Source: an uncultured Spirochaetota bacterium (GTDB lineage Bacteria; Spirochaetota; UBA4802; UBA5550). Taken from it: 64,000 nt of DNA. The stretch spans positions 704,001 through 768,000 of the forward strand of contig CAWHAA010000005.1 in NCBI GenBank assembly GCA_963827275.1, given 5' to 3'. Positions 1 through 10,254 of this stretch are shown in pieces. The position numbers and the translations under genes were made by a program. A model generated the notes under the pieces. The model was not told the origin of the DNA and did no database searches. It saw nothing but the letters and a program-made list of their open reading frames with translations. How positions within the stretch are numbered: the first letter of the stretch is position 1; the number at the start of each line of letters is the position of its first letter.

Positions 1-1262
1 GGCTGGCCGGACAAGACCCCGGCCCTCGAAAAATATTATCCCACCAGCGTGCTGGTGACCGCCTTCGACATCATCTTTTTCTGGGTGGCGCGCATGATCA
101 TGATGGGCCTCAAGTTCATGGGCGACGTCCCGTTCCGCGACGTCTACATCCACGCCCTGATCCGCGACGAACAGGGCGCGAAGATGAGCAAGTCGAAGGG
201 GAACGTCATCGATCCGCTCATCATGATGGACCAGTACGGCACCGACGCGCTCCGCTTCACCCTGGCCATGCTGGCCGCCCAGGGGCGGGACATCATACTC
301 TCCGAGAAGCGGATCGAGGGATACCGCACCTTCTGCAACAAGATATGGAACGCCACCCGCTTCATCCTGATGAACCTGGGAGAGGGCTTCCAGGAGCGCG
401 AGCTTGCCGCCGGCCGAGCTCGAGCCCTTCGACCGCTGGATACTCCACCGCCTCAACGAGACGGTGCGCGGCGTGCAGCGCGGCGTTCGAGGAATACAAG
501 TTCAACGACGCGGCGCATGCCATCTACACCTTCTGGTGGCACGAGTTCTGCGACTGGTACATCGAGCTGACCAAGCAGCGCCTCTACGGGACAGGCCCCG
601 ACATGGCACAGAGCTCCGACACCGCGAAGCAGGTGCTGTTCTACGTGCTGAAAAAATCGATACAGCTTCTCCATCCCTTCATGCCCTTCATCACCGAGGA
701 GATCTGGGACAGGATCAAGGGAAAGGACGACGGCCTCATCCTGGTGTCGTCCTGGCCGGAGCCGCGCGCCGAGTTCGATTTCGTGAAGGAATCGGAGGAG
801 ACGGCGCTCTTCCAGGAGATCGTGTACCGCATCAGGAACATCCGGGGCGAGATGAACGTCCCCCCCGACAGGAAGGCGTCTGTCGTTTTCAAGACCTCCA
901 GCGAGAAGATCGCTTCGATCATCCGGCGCGAGGACCTGCATATCAAGGCGCTGGCGAAGGTCGACGCCGTGACGATAGACCCCGCCTATGCGCCGGCGGG
1001 CACGGACGCGTCGGCGGTCATCGCCGACATGGAGATATTCCTGCCGCTCAAGGGGCTGATCGATTTCGACAAAGAGCGGGCGCGCATCGACAAGGAGATC
1101 GAGAAGACCCGCGCCGACCTTGCGAAGGTGGACGCGAAGCTCGCGAACGAGAACTTCACGGGCCGGGCGCCGGCGGACGTGATCGAGAACGAAAAAACGA
1201 AGCGCGCCGGCTTCGCCGAGATACTCGCGAAGCTCGAGGCCAGCCGGGCGAAACTGGGGTGA
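1..1262 (+). CDS. valS: valyl-tRNA synthetase, 3' part (runs off window start; apparent frameshifts near 410-485)
   Basis: [60 protein letters not shown] and a C-terminal coiled coil, spread over ORFs 49-570, 404- and 345-1262. Confidence 0.95.
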   Translation, partial: LAGQDPGPRKILSHQRAGDRLRHHLFLGGAHDHDGPQVHGRRPVPRRLHPRPDPRRTGREDEQVEGERHRSAHHDGPVRHRRAPLHPGHAGRPGAGHHTLREADRGIPHLLQQDMERHPLHPDEPGRGLPGARACRRPSSSPSTAGYSTASTRRCAACSAAFEEYKFNDAAHAIYTFWWHEFCDWYIELTKQRLYGTGPDMAQSSDTAKQVLFYVLKKSIQLLHPFMPFITEEIWDRIKGKDDGLILVSSWPEPRAEFDFVKESEETALFQEIVYRIRNIRGEMNVPPDRKASVVFKTSSEKIASIIRREDLHIKALAKVDAVTIDPAYAPAGTDASAVIADMEIFLPLKGLIDFDKERARIDKEIEKTRADLAKVDAKLANENFTGRAPADVIENEKTKRAGFAEILAKLEASRAKLG

Positions 1263-1340
1263 GAACAGCCACAAAACCGCCCCACCCCATCACCCCCCCC
1301 CCGCTCCTTAATTATCGCAGAATATGCTTTTCATGGATGA

Positions 1341-1495
1341 ATGCCGCAATTATGCCGCGAAAAAGCGATACGATACTATGGGATATACGCGCATGGCATT
1401 AAACATACGTTCGATCAGATAACGCGAAAGACCCGGGCGCACGCGATAGAGCATTCTTTCGACACAAATCCGGAGCACTCCCCGGACTACTGTAT
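1341..1495 (+). pseudogene. possible IS91-family transposase C-terminal remnant
   Basis: IRYYGIYA followed by AHAIEHSFDTNPEHSPD resembles the IRYYG...WAxLIxxxFxxDPLxCPxC tail of IS91/Y2 transposases; no N-terminal part. Confidence 0.4.
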
Positions 1496-1754
1496 ATATC
1501 CCTTGAAAGATTCGGGGCTGAGACATGGATGTCGAAGTCCCGGCGCGCGGCAGGATGCCGCGAAAAACGCCGGGAGAAGACCCACCTGCTCCATGCCGGA
1601 TATTTCAGAATAAAGAAGGGGCCGTAATGCTTGATTTCTCTCAAAAATTCCCGAAAATTTCTTGCTATTTGGACAAACCGCTGTTGTACTAGTCAACGGG
1701 TAGGCATTCTTTTCACAATTTCAAAAATTTTTCTCAATTTTCAAGTCGAGCGCA

Positions 1755-1879
1755 AAAATTTAAGCCTCTGTCCAGCGCTTTTTGTGTTAGAAAGGGCCTT
1801 ATTTGAGAGGTGGCAGGTTCAGATAAAACGTATTGTGTCCCCTGGGCCTTTACCTGAGAGGGAGCAGATTCTTAGAAAG
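1755..1879. repeat. ~125 bp imperfect direct repeat, copy 1
   Basis: 22-bp exact match AAGCCTCTGTCCAGCGCTTTTT (1762-1783 = 2533-2554) plus colinear similarity downstream (TGAGAGG, ATTGTGTCCC, TGGGCCT). Confidence 0.85.
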
Positions 1880-2239
1880 TTATAAGAATTTTTCGACAGA
1901 CGTATTGAACAAATCAGCCAGCTTCTTGGCGACATGCTTCCCGATGGGGCGTCGGCTGTTTTCCATATCGGAAATATGATGACGGGAAATACCACCGAGC
2001 TTCTTCCCAAGCTGATCTTGGGTCAAACCCCTTGTTTCGCGGTAAACCCTCATGTGGTCTCCCGGTTTCATTTCAGCCGTAATTTTCTTGTACCAATCCA
2101 TATTCTTGGCAAGTTCATATTCATCGTCTTCAACAATAAGCTTGTCGCCAAAATCTTCTTTCAAGACCTTTAGGAGTTTGCCTGAAATAACTCCCTCGAT
2201 ATTTATTTTAGTACGGGGCGTTTTCACGTGAACCTGCAT
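1880..2239 (-). CDS. Xre/HTH_3 antitoxin (HigA-like)
   Basis: RETRGLTQDQLGKKLGGISRHHISDMENSRRPI helix-turn-helix; downstream of and overlapping the toxin gene. Confidence 0.85.
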   Translation of the reverse strand: MQVHVKTPRTKINIEGVISGKLLKVLKEDFGDKLIVEDDEYELAKNMDWYKKITAEMKPGDHMRVYRETRGLTQDQLGKKLGGISRHHISDMENSRRPIGKHVAKKLADLFNTSVEKFL

Positions 2240-2474
2240 AATATACCTCGATTATTATAGAATTATTCTCGTTTTTCCAACAAGCTACCCAGCTATAAGC
2301 TAAATGACAATGATAATCATTTTCCCCTAATTTGCTGTAATTGCTCCATTCTCTCCGTTCTGGACCATTTTCTTCCAAATCATCAACAAGTCGCTTCATT
2401 TTCATTCGAATTGCTTTCGGCATTTTCTCTATATTTTTTTTCGATTTCTTGTTGATGTATACTTCATGTTTCAT
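2208..2474 (-). CDS. RelE/HigB-superfamily toxin
   Basis: 88 aa basic protein, NYSKL..YHCHL..WVACW..IEVYYAGSRENAPY; toxin-first arrangement. Confidence 0.8.
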   Translation of the reverse strand: MKHEVYINKKSKKNIEKMPKAIRMKMKRLVDDLEENGPERREWSNYSKLGENDYHCHLAYSWVACWKNENNSIIIEVYYAGSRENAPY

Positions 2475-2480
2475 ACTGAT

Positions 2481-2509
2481 AATGTACCCAATTACGGGAA
2501 CAATGTCAA
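2481..2509 (-). promoter_or_regulatory. sigma70 promoter of the TA operon with an inverted-repeat operator
   Basis: TTGACA-17 nt-TACATT on the minus strand; imperfect IR TGTACCC/GGGAACA lying mostly in the spacer. Confidence 0.7.
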
Positions 2510-2524
2510 GCATTATTTTTCTGT

Positions 2525-2649
2525 AAAATTTCAAGCCTCTGTCCAGCGCTTTTTCTGCCGGAGGGGGCTTGATGTGAGAGGGGGCGGCTTCACATTAAAC
2601 GCATTGTGTCCCGTGGGCCTATTCTTATGAGGATGCAATTCCCCAAAAG
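2525..2649. repeat. ~125 bp imperfect direct repeat, copy 2
   Basis: aligns by eye to 1755-1879. Confidence 0.85.
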
Positions 2650-2666
2650 CAAAAAGCCATAGCGAG

Positions 2667-3155
2667 TTATTTCCCGCAGCCGCCCCCGTCCTTCTCCGCG
2701 ATGCGCTCCGCGAGCCTGCGCTTCCGCCGCTCCTGCGCCTCGCAGCTCCGCCGTTTCTCGTCCTCCGTCTCGAAGCTGACGGGGGGGATCACGGTCGGCC
2801 TCCCCTCCGCGTCAAGCGCGACATAGGTGAGATACGCCGATGACGTGTGGCGCACCTCGCCCGTGATCATGTTTTCCGCCTCGACGCGCACCCCGATCTC
2901 CATGGAGGTCTTTCCGACATAGTTGATGCTCGCGGTGATCCGGATCAGGTTGCCCACGAAGACCGGGCTGTGGAAATCGAGCCGGTCTATGGATGCGGTG
3001 ACCGGGTTTTTCCCGGTATGGCGCGCCGCCACGATCCCCGCGGTATTGTCGATCAGCTTCATGATGGTGCCGCCATGGACATTCCCGGCGAGGTTCGCGT
3101 CCATCTGGGTCATGTGCTGCACGATGGTGATGCTTGAATCCTTTACTGTTTTCAT
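2667..3155 (-). CDS. acyl-CoA thioesterase (hotdog fold, YciA-like)
   Basis: DANLAGNVHGG, VTASIDRLDF, VGKTSMEIGV motifs. Confidence 0.92.
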   Translation of the reverse strand: MKTVKDSSITIVQHMTQMDANLAGNVHGGTIMKLIDNTAGIVAARHTGKNPVTASIDRLDFHSPVFVGNLIRITASINYVGKTSMEIGVRVEAENMITGEVRHTSSAYLTYVALDAEGRPTVIPPVSFETEDEKRRSCEAQERRKRRLAERIAEKDGGGCGK

Positions 3156-3165
3156 GCATTCCCCC

Positions 3166-4101
3166 TTAACGGCAGCAGGTCCCCGAATCGGAACAGATCC
3201 TGGTGTTCTCGACCTGGAGGGTCGTGTGCCGTATCCCGTATTTTTCTTCCAGCATTGTATTGACGCTTTTTATTATCTCGTCGGTATCGCTCCCGTCGGC
3301 CTGCCCGCATACGCAGAGGTGGCACGAGAGGAACACCTCGTTCGAATTTATCGACCAGATATGGAGGCCGTGAACATCCCCCACGTTCCCGACGCGTGAG
3401 ATGTCGCGGAGGACCTCGTCCATGTCGATGTGGGCCGGCGTTCCCTGCAAAATTATCCGGGCGGATTCCCGTATGATCGAGAAGGAGCTCGCGGCGATCA
3501 TGAGGACAATCGCAAGGCTCATGATCAGGTCCACGATGGCGATCCCGGTGAGGTAGAGCACGATCCCCGCGGCGATGACGGCCGCGGAAGAGACGGTATC
3601 GTAGAGCAGGTGCAGGAACGCCGCCTTCAGGTTCAGGGTCCTCCCCCGCTCCTTCGCCAGCAGCAGCATCGAGAAGAGGTTCCCCGCCAGGCCGACCGCG
3701 GCCACCGGCAGCATGATGCTGACGTTGATCGGGACCGGGTGGAGGTAGCGCGCGGCCGCCTCGTACACGATATAAAAACCGATCCCGAGCAGCGACACCG
3801 CGTTCACGAGCGCCACGATCACCTCGAAGCGCTTCAGGCCGAAGCTGAACTTCTTGTCCGGCTTTTTCTCCGAGATCCGCTCGCCGGCATAGCCGAGCGC
3901 CAGGGAGAGCACGTCGGAAAAGTTATGGCCGGCGTCCGATATGAGCGCAAGGCTGCCCGAAAGCACGCCGCCGATGTATTCGGCCGCGGTGATGACCGCG
4001 TTAAAAAATATCACCAGCGCGAGCCTGGTGCCGCTTGCCGGGGCGCCGTGCCCGTGGACGCCATGGGAGTGGTCATTGTGCGCATGCCCGTATGCCGCCA
4101 T
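3166..4101 (-). CDS. czcD: cation diffusion facilitator (Zn/Co/Cd efflux)
   Basis: His-rich N-terminus, SLALISDAGHNFSD, AAFLHLLYD, VHGLHIW, HTTLQVE. Confidence 0.92.
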   Translation of the reverse strand: MAAYGHAHNDHSHGVHGHGAPASGTRLALVIFFNAVITAAEYIGGVLSGSLALISDAGHNFSDVLSLALGYAGERISEKKPDKKFSFGLKRFEVIVALVNAVSLLGIGFYIVYEAAARYLHPVPINVSIMLPVAAVGLAGNLFSMLLLAKERGRTLNLKAAFLHLLYDTVSSAAVIAAGIVLYLTGIAIVDLIMSLAIVLMIAASSFSIIRESARIILQGTPAHIDMDEVLRDISRVGNVGDVHGLHIWSINSNEVFLSCHLCVCGQADGSDTDEIIKSVNTMLEEKYGIRHTTLQVENTRICSDSGTCCR

Positions 4102-4102
4102 A

Positions 4103-4459
4103 TCACCACCCCTCATTGATGTGCTCGAAGCCCTGCCCTATGATCTGCTTCACGTGGTCATCGTCCAGCGAATAGAGTATGGACCTCCCCTCCCGCCGGT
4201 ACTTCACGAGCCGCGACTGCTTCAGCACGCGCAGCTGGTGGGATACGGCGGACTGGCTCATTGCCACCAGCGCGGCGATATCATGGACGCACAGCTCGGA
4301 ACGCGACAGGTGGAAGAGTATTTTTGTCCTGGTGACGTCCCCGAAGACCCGGAAAAACTCGGACAGCGCCATGAAGCGCGATTCGTCCGGCACCGTTTCC
4401 CTCTTTTTTTTATCATCCGGGCGCACCGCTCCGGCGGGCGCATGGCGTATTTTATTCAT
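4103..4459 (-). CDS. ArsR/SmtB-family metal-sensing repressor
   Basis: ELCVHDIA, SQSAVSHQLRVL, YSLDDDHV...EH metal site. Confidence 0.93.
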   Translation of the reverse strand: MNKIRHAPAGAVRPDDKKKRETVPDESRFMALSEFFRVFGDVTRTKILFHLSRSELCVHDIAALVAMSQSAVSHQLRVLKQSRLVKYRREGRSILYSLDDDHVKQIIGQGFEHINEGW

Positions 4460-4482
4460 GACTTTGCCGCCTCTTATAACTC

Positions 4483-4520
4483 ATATATGAACATATAATC
4501 ATATATTAGTTATTTGTCAA
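4483..4520 (-). promoter_or_regulatory. ArsR/SmtB operator and promoter
   Basis: perfect IR ATATATGA-N8-TCATATAT (4483-4506) overlapping the -10 region; TTGACA at 4520-4515. Confidence 0.8.
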
Positions 4521-4521
4521 G

Positions 4522-4545
4522 AAAAAAAAGCGGTTCCCCGCCGCT
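4522..4545 (-). terminator. intrinsic terminator
   Basis: AGCGG/CCGCT stem followed by a T run on the minus strand. Confidence 0.6.
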
Positions 4546-4741
4546 GGATTTCCGGCATGAGGCCCCCGAAGCCGCCCCGCGGGGCACGTAGAGGCAGACC
4601 GGCAGTTCTTCATCATCCGCCTGCCCCGTCCGTTCTCAGCCCGAGTGCCGCTGCCCGTACAAGGGCCATTCAAATGGAAAGAAGAGGCCTAAACTCAAGA
4701 GGGGACCCGCACCGCATCAGCGCAGTATTTCACCCGGACAA

Positions 4742-6292
4742 TCAACCCGCGACGGTCATGGAGCGCGACAGGCCGCCAAGGCGTTCCGCCATGCCGGTAA
4801 TTACCCCGAGTGCGTCTGATATCCTGGACGCGATCTCCACTATATGCTGCGAACCCTCGGAGATATGGCCCGACGTGTTGTTCAGCTCCTCAGTCGAGGA
4901 CTTCTGTTCTCCCATGGAGTATTCAATGGAGCCGCTTATGCTGTGGATCTTGTCGTTCAGCTTGGTAATGGACATCACCATATTGTTGATGTCGACGTTC
5001 AGCTTCGCCACCTCCGCCATCTCGTCCTTGATATTCAATATGAAATCATTGAGCCTGCCGATCATATCGGTCGATTCGTCAATTATCATACTGCTGTCGT
5101 CGATGAGGACATGGTTCTTATTGATGATATTGGCTATTTCCTTCGAATTGCTTGTTGTGGCATCGGCGAGCTTCGATATTTCATCGGCGACAACGGCGAA
5201 GCCGCGGCCGTGCTCCCCGGCGCGGGCCGCCTCGATGGCCGCGTTGAGGGAGAGAAGGTTGACCTTGTCCGCAATGTCATTGATAAGCTGGATGAAATTC
5301 GACATCTCCCTGCTTTGGTCCTTTAATATGGAAAACTTCTCGCGGGCATCCATGATCTTGTTTGATGACCGGGAGGAATGCGCCGCGATTTCCGCCAGGG
5401 CGTTGTTTATCTGGGTATTGCTGGTCTGCACCTTGTCGTTCACGGCCTTCATGTCATTGACCGACCTGACGTTGTCGCTCAATTCAGAGTGAAGGGACGA
5501 CACTATATCACTCAAGGAATCGGAGTTGGTCGACAGCTCCTCGACCGCAGCCGACACCTCCTCGAGAGAGGCAGCCTGGTCCTGCGAAATGGCATTGAGT
5601 GATTCCGAAGTCACCCTGATGTTGCCTGTCTCGCCTTCAAGGATCCTGACGGCTTCCACGATCTCACCGGCAGCCGTTGTCAGGTCTTCGGAGTTCCTTC
5701 TCGCTTCTTCGTTCTTGATGATGGCAAGCTTCAGGATTTTTTTGGTGGCCTCGGATCCCACGGCCGCCCCGATGCCCACCCAGAAGTAGACCAGGTACTT
5801 GATCACCATGTTGCTGGCCGGACCTCCCGGCATAAGTTCAGGCCTGAGGATAAACAATGACGTCTGTGATATGATCACCATCACAAAACAAAATATTGAT
5901 GTTTTCCAGTCAAAATAAAAAACACTTAATGACAGGGCGATGTAATGCAGGGCGGAAAGCTCTGTGGCGCCGTATATGACATACTGGAAAAACCAGAGAC
6001 AGGCCAGCACCCCGGTGATCGATATATAACTGGATACCTTTTTCCCCCTGGTCTTTCTTTCCAGGATGAATGTTACAAATAATACACCGACAATCAGAAA
6101 GGTTTCAATGGCGATATCGGCCCATTCAAGATATTGCGAACCCTTTCCGGCAAGCTTGATCAGGATAGTGGCGATATTGGCCATCAGAAAAATTGATGTT
6201 ATGGCCACGAGCATGCGTTTGTTGTTGCCGGCAAGGACATTTTCAAAGATCGGGTTGTTTTCCAGAGTCGTTTTTCCTATTGTTGACGCCAT
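4742..6292 (-). CDS. methyl-accepting chemotaxis protein, multi-TM N-terminus
   Basis: [33 protein letters not shown] signalling hairpin; several hydrophobic segments. Confidence 0.93.
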   Translation of the reverse strand: MASTIGKTTLENNPIFENVLAGNNKRMLVAITSIFLMANIATILIKLAGKGSQYLEWADIAIETFLIVGVLFVTFILERKTRGKKVSSYISITGVLACLWFFQYVIYGATELSALHYIALSLSVFYFDWKTSIFCFVMVIISQTSLFILRPELMPGGPASNMVIKYLVYFWVGIGAAVGSEATKKILKLAIIKNEEARRNSEDLTTAAGEIVEAVRILEGETGNIRVTSESLNAISQDQAASLEEVSAAVEELSTNSDSLSDIVSSLHSELSDNVRSVNDMKAVNDKVQTSNTQINNALAEIAAHSSRSSNKIMDAREKFSILKDQSREMSNFIQLINDIADKVNLLSLNAAIEAARAGEHGRGFAVVADEISKLADATTSNSKEIANIINKNHVLIDDSSMIIDESTDMIGRLNDFILNIKDEMAEVAKLNVDINNMVMSITKLNDKIHSISGSIEYSMGEQKSSTEELNNTSGHISEGSQHIVEIASRISDALGVITGMAERLGGLSRSMTVAG

Positions 6293-6382
6293 ATAACACC
6301 TTTTAAAAACATGTAATTAATACATCTGTCTTGGCAATACGGTATTTCGTCAAGACAAAGATATTACCCGCGCATAATGACC

Positions 6383-6456
6383 GAGAAGGGTCCGGTCTAA
6401 AAAAACGCATTGTATTCCGTGGCCTGCTTCCGTATCAGTCCACAATTCCCGGAAAG
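6383..6456. repeat. partial third copy of the 1755/2525 repeat
   Basis: AAACGCATTGT (6403-6413 = 2597-2607), GGCCT, CAATTCCC..AAAG in the same order. Confidence 0.55.
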
Positions 6457-6581
6457 ACCAAGAAACCTCTATACACGCCCTCTGAGGGGGGTCTGCCCCC
6501 CGGCGGGGGCCTGGAAGATAAAAGTATTGATAAACCCCGCCGCATTTCCTAAAGTGTCTCACCATGCTGGACAGAACGACC

Positions 6582-7796
6582 ATGAAACGCTTTCTCACCA
6601 TGCTTATCGCGGCGGCGCTCGCCGCCGGCCTTGCCGGCAGCGCGGCATCAAAGCCGACGATGAGAAAGACCGTAAAAAAGAAAAACAGCATCGCCGTCGT
6701 CAAGAGCAAGTACGACGATGTCGACCTGGTGCTGTCCAATTTCCACATACCGCACGACCTCCTGGCCTACCGCGACCTGGAGTATCCCGAGCGGGTGCTC
6801 GGGTACCGCTCTCTCTTTGTCCCCAGCGGCATCGACAATCCCATAGAAGAGATGATCGACGTGCGCTCAAGCAGCGTCAGGTTGAAATCCGTCGCCCTCA
6901 AGCCCGACTTCTACGAAGTGAACAGGGACAAGGTCGCCCGCACCCTGCGGCGCTTCGTGCGGAAGGGGGGAGCCGCGTATTTCTCCGGCTACTCGTATGA
7001 ATTTATCCAGAGGGCCTTCGGGATGCTCGAGTTTTTCGACAATTTTCCCTACATGGGCATGCCGGCGCGGCTGGAAGCGAAGGTTACCGGCGACCTCTCC
7101 CGCTTCAGCAGAAAAAACATGGTCGCCCTGTACATGGACCACCCCGGCTGGATCGCGGTCAAGTCCGCTCGCGGCGCGGAGGTGCTGGCCAGCGCCCGTT
7201 ATGAAACGCCCCGGGGCGTCCGTTCCGGACCGGTCAACTTCATCGCCCGGCGGGGGAGCGGGGAGCTGCTCTACACCAGCTACGACAGCACCGTGTACAG
7301 CGCATTCCGCCGCTTCAACATCTACCGCATAGCGGGAGCGCACCTGATCGAGACGTACGAGGACAGGGCCTTCCGCTGGGGGCAGTCGGTGACCGGCAGG
7401 CTGGTCAACGCGGTCCAGGGCGGCGAGTACGCGGCATATCACCGCATCGACATCGAGAAGGGGAGCAACACCATATATTTTTACTCCGAGAGCGACCCCT
7501 TCCAGGTCGACATCGTGGACCGGGGCTACTCGCTGATTGAATCCCGCGACATCCTCGCGCGCGAGCAGATGTTTACCGTAAAGGCGGAGCGCAGTGACCA
7601 CTGCTATATCAGATTATATCCTTCCACCAGCGGCAGGTACGGCCTCTATACCGTGGTCTCCGCGTCAGGCAGGAGGATATTCCCCTACCTGTACCACGTC
7701 CTGATAGCTCTCGGGATCGCGGCCGTGGCCGCGGCGGCTTTTTTTATCTTCAAGTTCTTCCCCGTTTCAGGATACCGGGGGCGCTGGCGGGGATAG
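6582..7796 (+). CDS. hypothetical exported protein with C-terminal membrane anchor
   Basis: signal peptide MKRFLTMLIAAALAAG, long ORF with GC3 bias, C-terminal TM. Confidence 0.8.
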   Translation: MKRFLTMLIAAALAAGLAGSAASKPTMRKTVKKKNSIAVVKSKYDDVDLVLSNFHIPHDLLAYRDLEYPERVLGYRSLFVPSGIDNPIEEMIDVRSSSVRLKSVALKPDFYEVNRDKVARTLRRFVRKGGAAYFSGYSYEFIQRAFGMLEFFDNFPYMGMPARLEAKVTGDLSRFSRKNMVALYMDHPGWIAVKSARGAEVLASARYETPRGVRSGPVNFIARRGSGELLYTSYDSTVYSAFRRFNIYRIAGAHLIETYEDRAFRWGQSVTGRLVNAVQGGEYAAYHRIDIEKGSNTIYFYSESDPFQVDIVDRGYSLIESRDILAREQMFTVKAERSDHCYIRLYPSTSGRYGLYTVVSASGRRIFPYLYHVLIALGIAAVAAAAFFIFKFFPVSGYRGRWRG

Positions 7797-7800
7797 CGGC

Positions 7801-8370
7801 TTACCGTTTCTTCTGGAGGCTGCCGAGGAAGGCGATGAACTGCCGGTAAAAGTCCTTGAATTCGTCATTCCTGCGCAGCTCGTGCAGGTCGGGGTCCTTC
7901 CCGTTCATGACGTCGTCCATGTGCCGTGACAGGAGCAGGATTGGGCCCGACATCCGGCCCGTGAGGCGGATCAGGTAGATGAAGAGAAACACACCGAGCA
8001 GGACACCGGTGACGATCATCAGGGTGAAGAGGAGCCTGTTCCTGTCCAGGATCTTATTTAACCGGGTCACGCTCTCCTGCATCATCGCAATGCTCTCGAG
8101 GTGGTCCCCGAGGAGCCGTTCCCGTTCGGGCGCAAGGACCGCATCGCGCCTGTTCTTCGCGGCGGAGGCAAGAAGGTCGGCCGTCTTCTTGTCCCGCTCG
8201 ATATGCCTGTTGAGCTCATCGATGGTGCCGGTGATGGCCCGGTTATTATGGGTGGATACGATTCCCGTCACCGCGATGATCAGGATGAAGGCGATGATGA
8301 ATATCCCGATGACGCGGAAGGTTGTCTTCAGCTGGAAATTCCTGTCGACTATCGCTTTTCTCTTCAACAT
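7801..8370 (-). CDS. hypothetical 2-TM protein with HAMP-like tail
   Basis: RNFQLK, two TM segments, SGPI...LRRNDEF. Confidence 0.75.
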   Translation of the reverse strand: MLKRKAIVDRNFQLKTTFRVIGIFIIAFILIIAVTGIVSTHNNRAITGTIDELNRHIERDKKTADLLASAAKNRRDAVLAPERERLLGDHLESIAMMQESVTRLNKILDRNRLLFTLMIVTGVLLGVFLFIYLIRLTGRMSGPILLLSRHMDDVMNGKDPDLHELRRNDEFKDFYRQFIAFLGSLQKKR

Positions 8371-8572
8371 GGCCTCACCGCCGCTTGTGGATATGCGCCC
8401 GCGCCGTCCGTCAGCGCGGAACAATGCTACGGCGATCCTACGGCCGATTTTTGCCGCCTGTCAAGCAGAATTAGTCGCCGTTCCGGCGCGGTCGCGGCGG
8501 CCGATTTTTTAGAAAAGTAGTTGCATTCAGGCCATGCTCTAAAATAGTAATGATACAGTACTGGAGCTGCGG

Positions 8573-9334
8573 ATGGGAAAGGTGATATCGGTCTCCAACC
8601 AGAAGGGCGGAGTGGGGAAAACTACGACAACGGTGAACGTTGCCGCGTTTATCGCCGAAAAAGGGAAGCGCGTGCTCATCATCGATATCGACCCGCAGGC
8701 CAACGCGGGCTTCGGCGTGGGCGTAAGCGCCGGGGAGGACGACCCGTCGATCTACGAGGTCCTCATCGGCTCGACGCCGATCCGCGAGGCCATCAAGCAG
8801 ACCGGCATCAACGGCCTGTACCTGATCCCGTCGAACATCCACCTGGCCGGCGCCCAGGTGGACCTCCTTGACGCGGAGCGGAAGGAATTCATCCTCCGCA
8901 GCGCGATGAAGGACATCCGGGAGGAGTTCGATTATATCTTCATCGACTGCCCGCCCTCGCTGGGCATCCTGACGCTGAACGGCCTGGTCGCCGCGGACTC
9001 GGTGATGATACCGCTCCAGTGCGAATACTACGCGCTGGAGGGACTGAGCCAGCTGCTCCGCATCATCGCGATGGTGCAGGAAAACCTGAACAGGGGCCTG
9101 TCCATCGAAGGGGTGGTCCTCACCATGTACGATTCCCGGACCAACCTGTCGCAGCAGGTGGTCTCCGACGTGCGGGAATATTTTTCGGACAAGGTCTTCA
9201 AGACGATCATCCCGAGGAACGTACGGCTTTCCGAGGCCCCCTCGTTCGGAAAGCCGATCGGCCATTACGACAAGGGGAGCATCGGCAGCGTGACCTATGA
9301 GAATCTGGCAAAAGAGGTTTTAAAGAATGGCTAA
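8573..9334 (+). CDS. parA: chromosome partitioning ATPase
   Basis: NQKGGVGKTTT, DIDPQAN, DCPPSLG, QCEYYALEGL, RNVRLSEAPSFG. Confidence 0.97.
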   Translation: MGKVISVSNQKGGVGKTTTTVNVAAFIAEKGKRVLIIDIDPQANAGFGVGVSAGEDDPSIYEVLIGSTPIREAIKQTGINGLYLIPSNIHLAGAQVDLLDAERKEFILRSAMKDIREEFDYIFIDCPPSLGILTLNGLVAADSVMIPLQCEYYALEGLSQLLRIIAMVQENLNRGLSIEGVVLTMYDSRTNLSQQVVSDVREYFSDKVFKTIIPRNVRLSEAPSFGKPIGHYDKGSIGSVTYENLAKEVLKNG

Positions 9335-10196
9335 GAAGGTTCTTGGCAAGGGGCTCTCCGCGATCATCACCGCGTCTCCGACGCCGGTCGAGGCCCTGGA
9401 AAAGGGGATCGTCCAGAACGCGGAAACCATCGCGGAGCTGGACGTCGAATCGGTCCTGCCCAACCCGGACCAGCCGCGCACGGTGTTCGATGAATCCGAG
9501 ATACGGGGGCTCGCGGCATCCATCCAGGCGGTGGGGCTCCTGCAGCCGATCATCGTACGGCGTGCGGAGAGCAACTACTACGTGGTCGCGGGCGAACGGC
9601 GGCTCAGGGCCGCGAAGCACGCCGGGCTGAAGAAGATCAGGGCCATCGTCATCGAGGCCGACGAGGTGAAGAACCTGACCCTGGCGCTCATAGAAAACAT
9701 CCAGCGGACCAACCTGAACCCCATCGAGGAGGCCGAGGCCTACCGGGTCCTGATCGACCGCTTCAGCCTCCGCCAGCAGGACATCGCGTCCCAGGTCGGA
9801 AAGGAGCGGGCGACCGTTGCCAACACCCTCCGCCTGCTCCAGCTCCCCGACGAGATACGGGGGTCGCTTGCCGCGGGAGACATCAGCGCCGGGCACGCGA
9901 AGGTCCTCCTGTCCGTGAGCGGCAGCCGCCAGATGGCGCTCTACCGCGATATCATCAGCAAGGCGGTCTCGGTCCGCGCCCTCGAGCAGATGGTACAGGA
10001 CGGGGGAGCAACGCAGAAGCACGAGAAGAAAAAGCAGGCGAAAAACGCCCATATCCGCAAGATGGAAGAGGAGCTCGTGACCGCCCTCGGCACGAAGGTC
10101 GAGATCAAGCACGCCGGGGGCAAGGGCAAGATCGAGATCAGCTATTATTCGCTGGATGATTTTGACAGGATCGCCGATATAATAAGGAAAGGATAG
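9327..10196 (+). CDS. parB: chromosome partitioning protein
   Basis: NPDQPR, AGERRLRA, ALIENIQR, ISAGHA. Confidence 0.97.
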   Translation: MAKKVLGKGLSAIITASPTPVEALEKGIVQNAETIAELDVESVLPNPDQPRTVFDESEIRGLAASIQAVGLLQPIIVRRAESNYYVVAGERRLRAAKHAGLKKIRAIVIEADEVKNLTLALIENIQRTNLNPIEEAEAYRVLIDRFSLRQQDIASQVGKERATVANTLRLLQLPDEIRGSLAAGDISAGHAKVLLSVSGSRQMALYRDIISKAVSVRALEQMVQDGGATQKHEKKKQAKNAHIRKMEEELVTALGTKVEIKHAGGKGKIEISYYSLDDFDRIADIIRKG

Positions 10197-10254
10197 CATC
10201 CGGGGCGCCCTGTGCGCCGTTGTATCCTCCTATCCATAACACGGGGAGCACGCA

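Noticed and set aside
2220..2235. parS-like TTTCACGTGAA near parAB
   Set aside because: Only 12 of 16 match to TGTTTCACGTGAAACA, the outer arms are not palindromic, and it lies within coding sequence.
1755..2649. CRISPR array or integron attC sites
   Set aside because: Repeats are about 125 bp, only two or three copies, with no regular spacers, no attC cores and no cas or intI gene.
4546..4650. TPP or NiCo riboswitch (GCTGAGA on the minus strand, upstream of czcD)
   Set aside because: The remaining conserved cores are missing, and arsR has its own promoter downstream of the terminator; kept only as an unknown structured RNA.
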